A program made the translations under genes and the position numbers. The notes beneath the pieces were generated by a model that was given only the letters and a program-made list of their open reading frames with translations, made no database searches and was not told the origin of the DNA. A DNA stretch of 60,701 nt. Source: Clostridia bacterium (GTDB taxonomy: Bacteria > Bacillota > Clostridia > UMGS1883). The stretch is from positions 4,737-65,437 of the forward strand of contig JBJDXJ010000015.1 of assembly GCA_051866635.1 (NCBI GenBank), written 5' to 3'. This document shows, in pieces, positions 17,383 through 27,955 of this stretch (its first letter is position 1; each line of letters begins with the position of its first letter).

Positions 17383-18714
17383 ATGAAAAGGAAAAGAATA
17401 TTGCCTGTTATGATGGCAGTAGTGCTTGCACTGTCCGGTTGCGGCTTAGCAAGAGATAATACAAACACACAGGAAATTATAAGGTTTTTGAATTTTAAAC
17501 CTGAAATTGCAACTGTTTATGAAAAAATAGCGAAAGATTATGAAAATGAAACAGGTGTAAAGGTGGTTGTGGAAACTGCCGCGGCAAATACTTATGAAAG
17601 TACTTTGACTGCAAAAATGGCAACAAATGAGGCACCTACCATTTTTCAGATAAACGGACCCAAGGGTTATGCCAACTGGAAGGATTATTGTGCCGATTTA
17701 AGTAGCAGTAAAATTGTCAATATCCTTGCGGATAAGGACATGGCATTTTCCACAGATGAGGGAATTTACGGAATCCCCTATGTTGTGGAAGGATACGGAA
17801 TTATATATAACGAAAAAATAATGAACAAGTATTTTGCTTTGCCCGACCGTGATACAAGCATTAATTCCGTTGAGGAAATAAACAGCTTTGACCATTTAAA
17901 GACTGTGGTAGAAGATATGACAAAGCGAAAGGCTGAATTGGGCATAGAAGGTGTTTTTGCTTCAACATCATTAAAGCCCGGCGAAAATTGGCGTTGGCAG
18001 ACACACCTTTTAAATATTCCCGTTCATTATGAATTTGATGAAAATGATATAGATTTGGAAACAGACCAGGTAGCAAATTTTAATTTTCAGTATTCTGATA
18101 ATTATAAGAAAATTTTTGATTTGTATATAAACAATTCAGTAACTGATAAAAAGAAGCTTGGGGCAAAACTTGTAGGTGACTCCATGGCTGAATTTGCAAT
18201 GGGCAAATGTGCCATGGTCCAAAACGGAAACTGGGGTTACAGTCAGATTAAAGATGTAAGCGGTAATACAATAGAAGAAAAAGATGTTAAAATGATGCCC
18301 ATTTTTATGGGGATAGGTGATGAGAGTCAAGGCTTGTGTATAGGTACGGAAAACTACTTGTGCATAAATGAAAGAGCAAACGAGTCTAAAAGAAAAGCTG
18401 CAGAAGACTTTCTCTACTGGTTATTTTCTTCGGAAACAGGAAAGAAGTATGTAACAGAGGAATTGGGCTTTATAACGCCTTTTAACACCTTTGCCGAAGA
18501 TGAGGTGCCAAACGACCCTCTTGCAAAGGAAGTTGTAAGATGGATGAATAAGGAAGGTGTTCATACTGTTCCTTGGGATTTTACCATTTTCCCGTCACAG
18601 GTATTTAAGGACGACTTCGGAAGCTTATTGTTACAATATGCCCAGGGAACTAAAGACTGGGAAGAAGTAAAAACAGAAGCCGTAAAGAGCTGGAAGAGCG
18701 AAAGCGGAAAGTAA
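17383..18714 (+). CDS. Carbohydrate ABC solute-binding lipoprotein (malto-oligosaccharide type)
   Basis: Lipobox LSGC; LNFKPE, YGIPYVVEGYGIIYN; operon with malQ. Confidence 0.88.
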   Translation: MKRKRILPVMMAVVLALSGCGLARDNTNTQEIIRFLNFKPEIATVYEKIAKDYENETGVKVVVETAAANTYESTLTAKMATNEAPTIFQINGPKGYANWKDYCADLSSSKIVNILADKDMAFSTDEGIYGIPYVVEGYGIIYNEKIMNKYFALPDRDTSINSVEEINSFDHLKTVVEDMTKRKAELGIEGVFASTSLKPGENWRWQTHLLNIPVHYEFDENDIDLETDQVANFNFQYSDNYKKIFDLYINNSVTDKKKLGAKLVGDSMAEFAMGKCAMVQNGNWGYSQIKDVSGNTIEEKDVKMMPIFMGIGDESQGLCIGTENYLCINERANESKRKAAEDFLYWLFSSETGKKYVTEELGFITPFNTFAEDEVPNDPLAKEVVRWMNKEGVHTVPWDFTIFPSQVFKDDFGSLLLQYAQGTKDWEEVKTEAVKSWKSESGK

Positions 18715-18725
18715 GGAGTGGTATT

Positions 18726-19559
18726 TTGAAAAGGTATGCTCCTATGTTTCTATTGCCCTTAGGAAGTGCTTTTGCAGTGTTCTTTGTAATACCGTTTCTT
18801 ATGGGGATTTATTTATCCTTTACCAAATTTACAACTGTTGACAATGCAACTTTTGTGGGAATCAGTAACTATGTAACCGCATTGACCACGGATACAGGCT
18901 TTATAAATGCACTGTGGTTTACTGTTAAATTTACCGTGGTTTCTGTTATAACGGTAAATGTATTTGCCTTTTTGTTGGCACTTCTTTTGACAAGACCCTT
19001 AAAGGGCGTAAACGCTTTCAGAACGGTGTTTTTTATGCCTAATCTTATTGGTGGTATTGTGCTGGGTTATATATGGAACGTAATTATAAACGGTGTGCTT
19101 TCATATTTCGGTGTGGATATAACCTATAGTGCTGATTACGGCTTTTGGGGACTCGTTATCCTTATGAACTGGCAGATGATTGGTTATATGATGATTATTT
19201 ATATAGCCGGTATTCAAAGTGTAAACCGCACCCTTATGGAGGCGGCAAATGTTGACGGGGCAACAAGTATGCAAACCTTGTTTCATGTTATGATACCGTC
19301 GCTTATGCCATCGGTTACAATATGCACCTTCCTGACCCTTACAAATTCCTTTAAGCTCTTTGACCAGAACCTTGCACTTACAAACGGTGCACCGGGCAAG
19401 GAAACCGCAATGCTTGCTCTTGATATATATGACACCTTTTACGGACGTGTAGGCTGGCAAGGCGTAGGACAGGCAAAGGCTGTAATGTTCTTTATCATCG
19501 TAGCGTTAATTGCATTAGTTCAATTATCCTTGACAAGGTCCAAGGAGGTTGAGGCTTAA
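18726..19559 (+). CDS. Carbohydrate ABC permease (MalF-like)
   Basis: TM profile; EAA motif LMEAANVDGA. Confidence 0.92.
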   Translation: MKRYAPMFLLPLGSAFAVFFVIPFLMGIYLSFTKFTTVDNATFVGISNYVTALTTDTGFINALWFTVKFTVVSVITVNVFAFLLALLLTRPLKGVNAFRTVFFMPNLIGGIVLGYIWNVIINGVLSYFGVDITYSADYGFWGLVILMNWQMIGYMMIIYIAGIQSVNRTLMEAANVDGATSMQTLFHVMIPSLMPSVTICTFLTLTNSFKLFDQNLALTNGAPGKETAMLALDIYDTFYGRVGWQGVGQAKAVMFFIIVALIALVQLSLTRSKEVEA

Positions 19560-20395
19560 TGGTTAAAGGAAAAAGATTTACCTGGGTTTATTATGTTATT
19601 TTGGCTTTGTTGTCGCTGTTCTTTTTACTGCCCATAATCATTATTTTAATTAATTCCTTTAAATCAAGGTTTCTGATTATGTCAGAGCCTTTTAGTTTCC
19701 CTGTAGGTGATGCTTTTGTAGGTTTGTCAAACTATTTTTCAGGCATAAAGGCATCGGGATTTTTCAAGGCTTTCGGAATAAGCTTGTTTGTAACGGTGTT
19801 TTCCGTTGGGGTAATCATTCTTTTTTCATCTATGAGTGCATGGTTCATAACAAGGTATAAAACAAAATTCACAAAATTGTTGTATTATGCATTTGTATTT
19901 TCAATGATTGTGCCTTTCCAGATGGTTATGTATACTTTAACCTATGTTGCGGTAAAGCTGAACTTTGCAAACCCTGTAGGCATAATATTTATATATCTTG
20001 GATTTGGTGCAGGGCTTAGCGTGTTTATGTTTTCCGGGTTTGTGAAAACAATTCCCCGGGAAATAGAGGAAGCCTCCACTATTGACGGGTGCAGTGTTCC
20101 CCAGACCTTTTTTAAGGTGATTTTTCCCATACTGAAGCCTACAACTGTAACAGTGGGAATATTAAACGCCATGTGGATATGGAATGACTATCTGTTGCCT
20201 TACCTTATTTTAGGCACAAAATATAAGCCTATACCTGTTGCGGTTCAGCTTACAATGCAAGGTGCCTATGGCAGTGTTGACTGGGGCGGCTTTATGGCAA
20301 TGCTGACACTTTCTGTAATTCCCATAATTCTCTTGTATATGTTTGCCCAGCGGTATATAATAGAGGGTGTATTATCAGGTGCAGTAAAGGGGTAA
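19559..20395 (+). CDS. Carbohydrate ABC permease (MalG-like)
   Basis: IEEASTIDG, WIWNDYL. Confidence 0.92.
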   Translation: MVKGKRFTWVYYVILALLSLFFLLPIIIILINSFKSRFLIMSEPFSFPVGDAFVGLSNYFSGIKASGFFKAFGISLFVTVFSVGVIILFSSMSAWFITRYKTKFTKLLYYAFVFSMIVPFQMVMYTLTYVAVKLNFANPVGIIFIYLGFGAGLSVFMFSGFVKTIPREIEEASTIDGCSVPQTFFKVIFPILKPTTVTVGILNAMWIWNDYLLPYLILGTKYKPIPVAVQLTMQGAYGSVDWGGFMAMLTLSVIPIILLYMFAQRYIIEGVLSGAVKG

Positions 20396-20400
20396 GGAAA

Positions 20401-21861
20401 ATGAGAAAAAGCGGTATATTGATGCATATATCATCCCTTCCGTCGCCTTACGGAATAGGTACCCTTGGGAAAAACGCCTATGACTTTGTGGATTTTCTTG
20501 AAAAATCAGGGCAGAAGGTATGGCAGGTTTTGCCCATAGGTCATACTTCTTACGGGGATTCGCCTTATCAGGCATTTTCCTCTTATGGTGGGAATCCCTA
20601 TTTTGTGGATTTGGATATTCTTTGTGATGGAAAATTTCTGGACAAAGAGGATTTAGAAAATATTCCCCGGGAAAGTGACAGGGTAGACTACGGTGAGGTC
20701 TACAAAACCAGATACCCTCTTTTAAAAAAGGCGGCAGAAAGATTTTTGATAAACCCTACGGAGGATTATTATACTTTTTTGGCTGAAAATAATTTCTGGA
20801 TTGAAGATTATGCGTCTTTTATGGCATTGAAAGAAAAAATGAACCTGAAAGGCAGGGAAGATTGGGATAAAAAGCTGAGGGTTAAAACTGATTTTGCAGT
20901 GTCCTTTTGCGATGAACATGTGAAAAACATTTACAAGGTGATACAGTATTTTTTCTTCACTCAGTGGTTTAAGCTTAAAGATTATGCGAATGGTAAAGGC
21001 ATTGAAATAATGGGTGACTTGCCTATATACTGTGCCTCTGACAGCAGTGATGTATGGAGCGAAAGTAATGTTTTCCTTTTAGATGAGGATTTTAAACCCT
21101 CCCTTGTTGCAGGGGTGCCACCCGATGGATTTTCTCCTTTAGGTCAAAGATGGGGAAATCCCTTGTATGACTGGGAATATCTTCATAATACAAACTATAA
21201 GTGGTGGGTAAAAAGGCTTGGCTTTTCCCTTAAAACCTTTGACATGGTGCGTATTGACCATTTTCGTGGTTTTGACAGCTATTTTGCAATTGACGCAAAG
21301 GAAGAAACTGCCGTAAACGGGCGATGGGTAGAAGGACCGAAAATGAAGCTTTTCAATGCTTTTAAAGCCCAGCTTGGTGAAAATTTGCCGATTATTGCCG
21401 AGGATTTGGGGTATTTGACGGAAAGTGTAAAAAAACTGCTTTGCGATACGGGATTTCCCGGCATGAAAATTTTGCAATTTGCATTTGACTCTAAAGAAGG
21501 CGGAGATTATTTTCCCCATAATTACACAAAGAACAGTGTATGCTATGTGGGAACACACGATAATGATACCGCAATAGGCTGGTTTGAAAAATGTGACCGT
21601 GCCGACAGATATCTGGCAGTTAAGTATTTTAACCTTACAGAAAAAGAGGGCATTGCAAAAGGATTTATCCGTGGGGCGTTAAGCTCCGTTTGTGACTTAT
21701 GTATCATTTGCATGCAGGATATACTAAACTTGGGCAGTGAAGGTAGGATGAACACGCCCTCCACGCCCTCAGGTAACTGGCAATGGCGTATGAAAGAGGA
21801 TGCTTTAACAGAGGAATTAGCGGAAGAAATAAAAGAATTAACCCGTCTTTACGGGCGTTAA
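20401..21861 (+). CDS. malQ: 4-alpha-glucanotransferase (GH77)
   Basis: SGILMHISSLP, DSPYQ, RIDHFRG, IAEDLG, GTHDN, RMNTP..GNWQWR. Confidence 0.96.
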   Translation: MRKSGILMHISSLPSPYGIGTLGKNAYDFVDFLEKSGQKVWQVLPIGHTSYGDSPYQAFSSYGGNPYFVDLDILCDGKFLDKEDLENIPRESDRVDYGEVYKTRYPLLKKAAERFLINPTEDYYTFLAENNFWIEDYASFMALKEKMNLKGREDWDKKLRVKTDFAVSFCDEHVKNIYKVIQYFFFTQWFKLKDYANGKGIEIMGDLPIYCASDSSDVWSESNVFLLDEDFKPSLVAGVPPDGFSPLGQRWGNPLYDWEYLHNTNYKWWVKRLGFSLKTFDMVRIDHFRGFDSYFAIDAKEETAVNGRWVEGPKMKLFNAFKAQLGENLPIIAEDLGYLTESVKKLLCDTGFPGMKILQFAFDSKEGGDYFPHNYTKNSVCYVGTHDNDTAIGWFEKCDRADRYLAVKYFNLTEKEGIAKGFIRGALSSVCDLCIICMQDILNLGSEGRMNTPSTPSGNWQWRMKEDALTEELAEEIKELTRLYGR

Positions 21862-21863
21862 AA

Positions 21864-21911
21864 AAGGCTGTGAAATAAAAGGATTGTTAAATTCCTTATT
21901 TCACAGCCTTT
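21864..21911. terminator. Terminator hairpin after malQ
   Basis: AAAGGCTGTGAAATAA...TTATTTCACAGCCTTT. Confidence 0.7.
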
Positions 21912-22076
21912 AGATCATATAACTGAATTTTTTAAAAGTCGTAGTAGGCTACTTGTATAATAGAATTAATAATTATTGTGAATTTTCGCCATAAAGCGAA
22001 AATTTTCCGAAATTATTCATTTTTCATTATTAATTACTAAATATGTGCCTTTTTATAAACGAGCCTTCATAGCTTT

Positions 22077-24119
22077 TTATACCATATATTCTTCAATATT
22101 TTTAAATGATACCTCAACACGCTTCTTCAAAAGAAGGTTTTCTTCTTTTGAAAGCTGTGGGTCAGTTTTTAAAAGCTCGGTTACAGCTTCGGTGGATTTC
22201 TTTAATGTTTCTATATCCAAAAGAGAAGAAATCTTCAAAGGCGGAAGACCGTGTTGCCTTGTACCGAAAAAATCACCGGGACCACGGATAGTAAGGTCAG
22301 TTTGTGAAATGACAAAACCATCATTTGTTTTTGTCATTATGTCCATACGTTTCTTTATGTCATCATCCATAAACCCCGGCAGAAGTATGCAATAGCTTTT
22401 GTCCTTACCTCTGCCAACTCTGCCACGGAGCTGATGAAGCTGGGAAAGACCGAAACGTTCAGCATTTTCAATAATCATAAGTGTGGCTTGGGGTACATTG
22501 ACACCTACCTCGATAACAGTTGTTGACACTAAAATATCAGTATCGCCAAAGGCAAAATCGTTCATAACTGCATCTTTTTCGCTATCCTTCATTTTTCCGT
22601 GAACAAGCCCAACTTTTAAGTCAGGAAAAATGTTTTCGGAGAGGTTATCGCGGTAGGAAACGGCACTTTTTAAGTCAAGCTCTTCATTTTCATCAACCAT
22701 TGGACAGACAATGTAAACCTTGTGACCTAAATTAACTTCTTTTCTTATAAAGCTGTACATTCTCTCACGGATATTTTCTCCGATGCAGAAGGTGTCAACT
22801 TTTTCTCTGCCCGGTGGAAGCTCGTCTATGATACTTATGTCCAAATCCCCATATATAATAAGTGCCAATGTTCTTGGAATAGGGGTGGCAGTCATTACAA
22901 GAATGTGGGGATTGTCCCCCTTTGAAACAAAAGCACCACGCTGTTTTACACCGAAACGATGCTGTTCGTCGGTCACTATAAGACGTAAATTTTTGAAAAC
23001 TACGCTGTCCTGAAAAAGGGCGTGGGTACCTATAGCTATCTGAACCTTTCCTTCAGAGAGCTTTTTATAGACTTCGTTTTTTTCTTTTTTTGTCATACTG
23101 CCCACTAAAAGTGCGGTTTTAAAACCTAATTTTTCAAAAATAGGTGCAATGGATTCAAAATGCTGACGGGCGAGAATACCTGTAGGTGCCATAAATGCTG
23201 CCTGAAATCCGTTTTTAACAGCAAGATATATACTGATTATAGCAACTGCGGTTTTACCGCTACCCACGTCACCTTGTACAAGGCGGTTCATGGGGGTAGG
23301 GGAGGATAAATCCTTAATAATTTCATCCACAACCCTTTTTTGTGCATTTGTTAAAGGAAAAGAAAAAAACTCTAAAACAGGGGATATATCAGTGATTTCA
23401 AAGGGCTTTACAGAAGTGCTTTTAGCAATTGATTTTTGCATGTTAAGAGCAAGGCTTAAAAGAAACAGTTCCTCAAAAGCTAAGCGGTTACGGGCACTTT
23501 CATAGGAAGCGAAGTCGGTGGGGAAATGAATGTTTCTTATTGCAAAGTCTGCACGGCATAAATTATACTTTTCAATAAGTGACTTGGGCATAAAGTCCTC
23601 GATGGAATCACCTGCATTTTCGAGACACTTTTTTATGGCAGATACCATAACCTTTTGTGTTATTGAAGATGTAAGATGATAAATGGGAACAATATTGTTT
23701 GTAACAGAGTTAATCCCAGAAGGCTCATAAATGGGGGTTATAATTTTCCTTTGATTAAATTTATATTCAATTCTGCCATAAAAATTGTAAAAAGACCCTA
23801 CCTTGAAGTTGTTCATAACGTAAGGGTTGTTATAAAACACAGCCTGTATTACGCCTGTATCATCACGAAGGGGGAGAGAGTAAACTGAAAAACCTGAGCG
23901 TATGCGTTTAACAGTAGGCTTAGAGGTAGCAACTGCTGTTATGCATGTGGTTTCGCCATCTGCAAGCTGGGCGATTTTTTTTGTTACCCGCCTGTCCTCA
24001 ATGGAGGAAGGAAAATAGTAGAGCATATCCCTGACTGTTTCGATGCCTAAAATGGCAAGCTTTTCTGCCCGTTTTTCACCTATGCCTTTTATTGAACTGA
24101 TAGAATCGTAAAGAGCCAC
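22077..24119 (-). CDS. recG: ATP-dependent DNA helicase RecG
   Basis: QGDVGSGKT, DEQHRFG, MTATPIPRT, QLHQLRGRVGR. Confidence 0.97.
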   Translation of the reverse strand: MALYDSISSIKGIGEKRAEKLAILGIETVRDMLYYFPSSIEDRRVTKKIAQLADGETTCITAVATSKPTVKRIRSGFSVYSLPLRDDTGVIQAVFYNNPYVMNNFKVGSFYNFYGRIEYKFNQRKIITPIYEPSGINSVTNNIVPIYHLTSSITQKVMVSAIKKCLENAGDSIEDFMPKSLIEKYNLCRADFAIRNIHFPTDFASYESARNRLAFEELFLLSLALNMQKSIAKSTSVKPFEITDISPVLEFFSFPLTNAQKRVVDEIIKDLSSPTPMNRLVQGDVGSGKTAVAIISIYLAVKNGFQAAFMAPTGILARQHFESIAPIFEKLGFKTALLVGSMTKKEKNEVYKKLSEGKVQIAIGTHALFQDSVVFKNLRLIVTDEQHRFGVKQRGAFVSKGDNPHILVMTATPIPRTLALIIYGDLDISIIDELPPGREKVDTFCIGENIRERMYSFIRKEVNLGHKVYIVCPMVDENEELDLKSAVSYRDNLSENIFPDLKVGLVHGKMKDSEKDAVMNDFAFGDTDILVSTTVIEVGVNVPQATLMIIENAERFGLSQLHQLRGRVGRGKDKSYCILLPGFMDDDIKKRMDIMTKTNDGFVISQTDLTIRGPGDFFGTRQHGLPPLKISSLLDIETLKKSTEAVTELLKTDPQLSKEENLLLKKRVEVSFKNIEEYMV

Positions 24120-24210
24120 TGTTTATCCCTCCTCTTTAAATAGTAAATTCATTATATCATAGAAAAATGAAAAAGCCCAGAAAATTCTGAGCTTTTTTGT
24201 GTTTTAAAAA

Positions 24211-25833
24211 TTATTCCACTGCTATGAAATAGTAGTATACCGGCTGTCCGCCGCTTCTTACGGAAACGTCACAATCGGGATGTTTTTCCTCCAAAGCTTC
24301 TGAAAGTGCCTGTGCATCTTCTTCGGAAACATCTTCGCCATAGTAAACAGTGATAAGCTCGGATGTGTCATCCACCATTGTATCCATAAGTGCGTTAAAT
24401 GTTTCATTAAGGTCGCTGTTTACAATGGCAATTTTGCCTTCATACATACCTAAATAATCGCCCTCGTGAATTTCTTTATCATCGATAGAAGTATCTCTCA
24501 CTGCGTGGGTGATGCTACCGCTTTTAACCATGGTGATAGCTTCGTTCATAGCTTCAACATTTGTGTCAATATCGCTTTCGGGAAGGAAGCTAATCATAGC
24601 GGTAATACCCTGAGGAATAGTCTTTGTGGGGATAACCTTAACGTTTACATCAGCTAATTCCTTAGCCTGCTCACTTGCAAGGATAATATTTTTGTTGTTG
24701 GGAAGAATTATAACATTTTTTGCATTAACTTCTTCAATTGCAGAAAGAATATCATCAGTGGAGGGGTTCATAGTCTGACCGCCACGGATAACGTAAGAAA
24801 CGCCAAGCTCTGAGAATACTTCTGCAATACCTTCACCGGCAGAAACGCTGATAACTGCAAGCTCGCTCATGGGTGCCTTTTCTGCAGGCTGTGAGGACTG
24901 CTCAATAAGTGCACTGTGTTGCTGACGCATGTTTTCAATCTTAATATTGATAAGCTGACCAAGCTTTACGGCTTGTTCAAGAACAAAACCGGGATTATTT
25001 GTATGAATATGAACTTTTACAATATCATCCTCTTCAATAATCAACAGACAGTCACCGATGGGAGAAATCTTTCTTCTCATTTCGTCAGCGTTCTTTGCAT
25101 CCTTATATTTTTCAATAATGAATTCTGTACAGTAACCGAATGTAATTTCGTCAGGGTCAATAGCTTCCTGTGCAGAAGAAGGTGCGGGAGCGGAAGAAGA
25201 AACAGCTTCGTTTAAAGTGAATGTTTCGCCATTTAATGCTACAGCCATACCTTCAAAAATGTAAAGAAGACCCCTGCCGCCTGCGTCAACAACGCCTGCC
25301 TGCTTCAGCTGAGGAAGCATTTCGGGCGTTTTGTCCAAAGCACTTTTGCCTTTTTTATTAACATAGGCAAACATTTTTTCAAAGGAATCCCCTTCAAATT
25401 CATTACCACCCTTTGCCATAAAACGGACAACGGTAAGAATTGTGCCTTCCGTTGGCTTCATAACTGCCCCATATGCAGTGTCTGAGCCTTTCTGAATAGC
25501 TACGGCAAAATCATGGGTTGTTACAGTTTCTTTACCAGCAAGACCTAATGAAATGCCACGGAAAATCTGCGACAAAATAACACCCGAGTTACCTCTTGCA
25601 CCACGGAGAGTTGCTTTTGCAACTGCAGAGGCAAGGTCAGAAACAGAGGAAAATTCCTTTGAAGAGATTTCTCTTGCTGCCGCCATAAATGTAAGTGCCA
25701 TGTTTGTACCTGTATCACCGTCGGGAACGGGGAACACGTTAAGTGAGTCAACATAGCCTTTATTCTCGTTTAAAGTGTTTGCGGCAGAAATAATCATGTT
25801 CTTTAAAAGTGCCGCATTAATAACGTTTGTCAT
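24211..25833 (-). CDS. fakA: DAK2-domain fatty acid kinase subunit A (YloV)
   Basis: LNVFPVPDGDTGTNM, GARGNSGVILSQ, GGQTMNPST, GGQPVY. Confidence 0.95.
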   Translation of the reverse strand: MTNVINAALLKNMIISAANTLNENKGYVDSLNVFPVPDGDTGTNMALTFMAAAREISSKEFSSVSDLASAVAKATLRGARGNSGVILSQIFRGISLGLAGKETVTTHDFAVAIQKGSDTAYGAVMKPTEGTILTVVRFMAKGGNEFEGDSFEKMFAYVNKKGKSALDKTPEMLPQLKQAGVVDAGGRGLLYIFEGMAVALNGETFTLNEAVSSSAPAPSSAQEAIDPDEITFGYCTEFIIEKYKDAKNADEMRRKISPIGDCLLIIEEDDIVKVHIHTNNPGFVLEQAVKLGQLINIKIENMRQQHSALIEQSSQPAEKAPMSELAVISVSAGEGIAEVFSELGVSYVIRGGQTMNPSTDDILSAIEEVNAKNVIILPNNKNIILASEQAKELADVNVKVIPTKTIPQGITAMISFLPESDIDTNVEAMNEAITMVKSGSITHAVRDTSIDDKEIHEGDYLGMYEGKIAIVNSDLNETFNALMDTMVDDTSELITVYYGEDVSEEDAQALSEALEEKHPDCDVSVRSGGQPVYYYFIAVE

Positions 25834-25854
25834 ATCCGATTATTCCCCCTTACG

Positions 25855-26211
25855 TTAATCTGCAACACGCATGCCTTCAACATGAACATTTACTTCTTTA
25901 ACATCAAAACCTGTCATGTCAGAAACCTGATAACTTACGTTGTGCATGATGCTTTCACAGATAGCGGGAACGTTAACGCCGTACTGAACCATAATATGCA
26001 TATCAATTACGATGGCGTTATCCTCTACCTGAACACTGATACCTTTGGAAAGGTTGGTAGACTTGAGAAGGCTTACAATACCGTCTTTAGCACCTCTTAC
26101 AGCCATGCCTACAACGCCGTAACAGTTGTTTGCAACTGCACCGGCAATATTTGCAATAACACTATTGCTGATGATGATTTCACCGAGATTGTTTTCAATT
26201 TTAGCAGCCAT
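25855..26211 (-). CDS. Asp23/Gls24 family protein (YloU-like)
   Basis: CYGVVGM...VNVHVEG; conserved position upstream of fakA; RBS GGAGG. Confidence 0.9.
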   Translation of the reverse strand: MAAKIENNLGEIIISNSVIANIAGAVANNCYGVVGMAVRGAKDGIVSLLKSTNLSKGISVQVEDNAIVIDMHIMVQYGVNVPAICESIMHNVSYQVSDMTGFDVKEVNVHVEGMRVAD

Positions 26212-26241
26212 AAAGCCACCTCCGTTCTTATACTGATATAT

Positions 26242-26271
26242 ATTATACACTACCCTTGGGGGAAATGTCAA
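26242..26271 (-). promoter_or_regulatory. SigA promoter for asp23-fakA, inside the 3' end of the upstream gene
   Basis: TTGACA-18-TATAAT on the minus strand. Confidence 0.7.
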
Positions 26272-27955
26272 TATAATTGCAATCCAAATACTCAAAATAG
26301 GAATTTTTTCTGTTTGTAAAAATGATTACCTGCCTTGTTTTTGAGATGGAATAAAGTAAGTCAATAAGGGATTTTTCTCTGTAATCGTCAGATGCGGCAA
26401 AGGGGTTATCCAGTATTATGGGGAAACTTTTAGGAAAAAGAATCTCACTTAATGCCAAACGAAAGCAAAGGTAAACTTCTTCCTTAAACCCTTGTGAACA
26501 TTCTGAAATATCCTGAGGAAAAGGGTCGGTCATAAATAATGACAAGTCACTTTTTACAAGAACATTTCTCCCTTCTTTAGGTGCAATCATTTCAATATAT
26601 TTCTTAGCCCTTTCATTAATTTCAGGAGTAAAGTCCTTTGAAATTTTGTCCTTAGCCTTTTTCAATGCGTAAATTGCGGCATCTAAAGCATCTACCTTCT
26701 TTATTGTATCCGCTTTTTGCTCGGAAAAATATGAAATTTCCGAAAGAATTTCGTCTACAGGCCGAATATTTACCGAAGCATTTGTTTTTTCAAAGCTGGC
26801 AATCTGCTCCTTTAAAGATAAAAGTTTTTTTGTGCTGTTGTCAAGCTCTTCCTTAATGTGAAGCTCCTTTTGTGTGGCACTTTCCATGTGTAATGATTTT
26901 TTTACCAAAAGTTGCTCGTAGTATTTTATGGCTTCTTTTTTGTCCGAAATAAGCCTTTGGTATTCCTCATAATCTGAACAGTTTTGTGCCTTGAGAAATT
27001 CTTTCCTAAACTTTTTTGCCGAAATTTCTTTAAAAAAGAAACTTAAAGAAAATATAAGAACAGGAAGGAAACTTAGAAGCATCAACGGTGTATAAAATAA
27101 ATAACCTATAATAAAAAGAACAAGTGTGCATATTATAGAAATTGCAAGAGATTTTGATAAGAAGTGTGAAGGCATAGGATATTCTCCGTTAAAGTCGGGG
27201 AAGGAGTCAATATATGCTTTTTGCCTTGAAATTTCTTCATCAAGCGAACTGATTTGGGCGTCGGGTTCATCTTTTTTGACAAGATTTAGATAGTGGGAGT
27301 ATTCCCTGTTATATTCTTCTGTTAAAGAATTGATTTTTTGTATATTTTCTTTCACGGTGGCATCTGAGGAAATGGAGTTGTTATATTCAGCCCGAAGAAG
27401 ACTCAGCTTTTGCTCAATTTCGTACAGCTTTCCCGAATTGCCCCTGAAAGCCTTAAGTGCTCTTCGCTTTTTTTCAAGTATTTCAACTGCCGAAGAGGCG
27501 TTTGCCGTTTCGTCACCGGAAGAAATTAAATTCGTAAGCTTTCTGTCAATTTCTTCAGTTGAGCCAAAGAAGGCGGCATCATTTTCACGGCAGTAAACGG
27601 TTTTTCGGTAGGTTTCACGACTTTGGGGCATAAATGCGGAAATATCGGAATTTTCAGGCGAGTACACTGTCAAATCAGACTTTGCACTTTTTCCCGCACG
27701 ACGAAAAACTGTCAGAAATTCTCCCTTTTCTTCAACAGTCATGCTTCCCGATGCACTTTCCTTACCCCATGGGATGCATTTTTGCCTTTGAGATTTGGAA
27801 GAGCCGAAGCCGAAAAGCATGGATTCAATAAATAAAGCGATTGTTGACTTCCCGCTTTCATTTTTGCCATATATAACATTTAATCCGTCCTGGAGGACAA
27901 TGTTTGAATTTTCAAGTTTGCCGAAGGAAATTATGTCAAGTTCTTTGATTTTCAT
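26243..27955 (-). CDS. YhaN/SbcC-like SMC-type ATPase with central TM hairpin
   Basis: Walker A GKNESGKST, coiled coils, SQG signature, PIILDNPF Walker B region. Confidence 0.82.
   Translation of the reverse strand: MKIKELDIISFGKLENSNIVLQDGLNVIYGKNESGKSTIALFIESMLFGFGSSKSQRQKCIPWGKESASGSMTVEEKGEFLTVFRRAGKSAKSDLTVYSPENSDISAFMPQSRETYRKTVYCRENDAAFFGSTEEIDRKLTNLISSGDETANASSAVEILEKKRRALKAFRGNSGKLYEIEQKLSLLRAEYNNSISSDATVKENIQKINSLTEEYNREYSHYLNLVKKDEPDAQISSLDEEISRQKAYIDSFPDFNGEYPMPSHFLSKSLAISIICTLVLFIIGYLFYTPLMLLSFLPVLIFSLSFFFKEISAKKFRKEFLKAQNCSDYEEYQRLISDKKEAIKYYEQLLVKKSLHMESATQKELHIKEELDNSTKKLLSLKEQIASFEKTNASVNIRPVDEILSEISYFSEQKADTIKKVDALDAAIYALKKAKDKISKDFTPEINERAKKYIEMIAPKEGRNVLVKSDLSLFMTDPFPQDISECSQGFKEEVYLCFRLALSEILFPKSFPIILDNPFAASDDYREKSLIDLLYSISKTRQVIIFTNRKNSYFEYLDCNYIDISPKGSV

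Noticed and set aside
21960-22040. AT-rich heptamer-like repeats downstream of recG
   Set aside because: Too degenerate to define a unit or function
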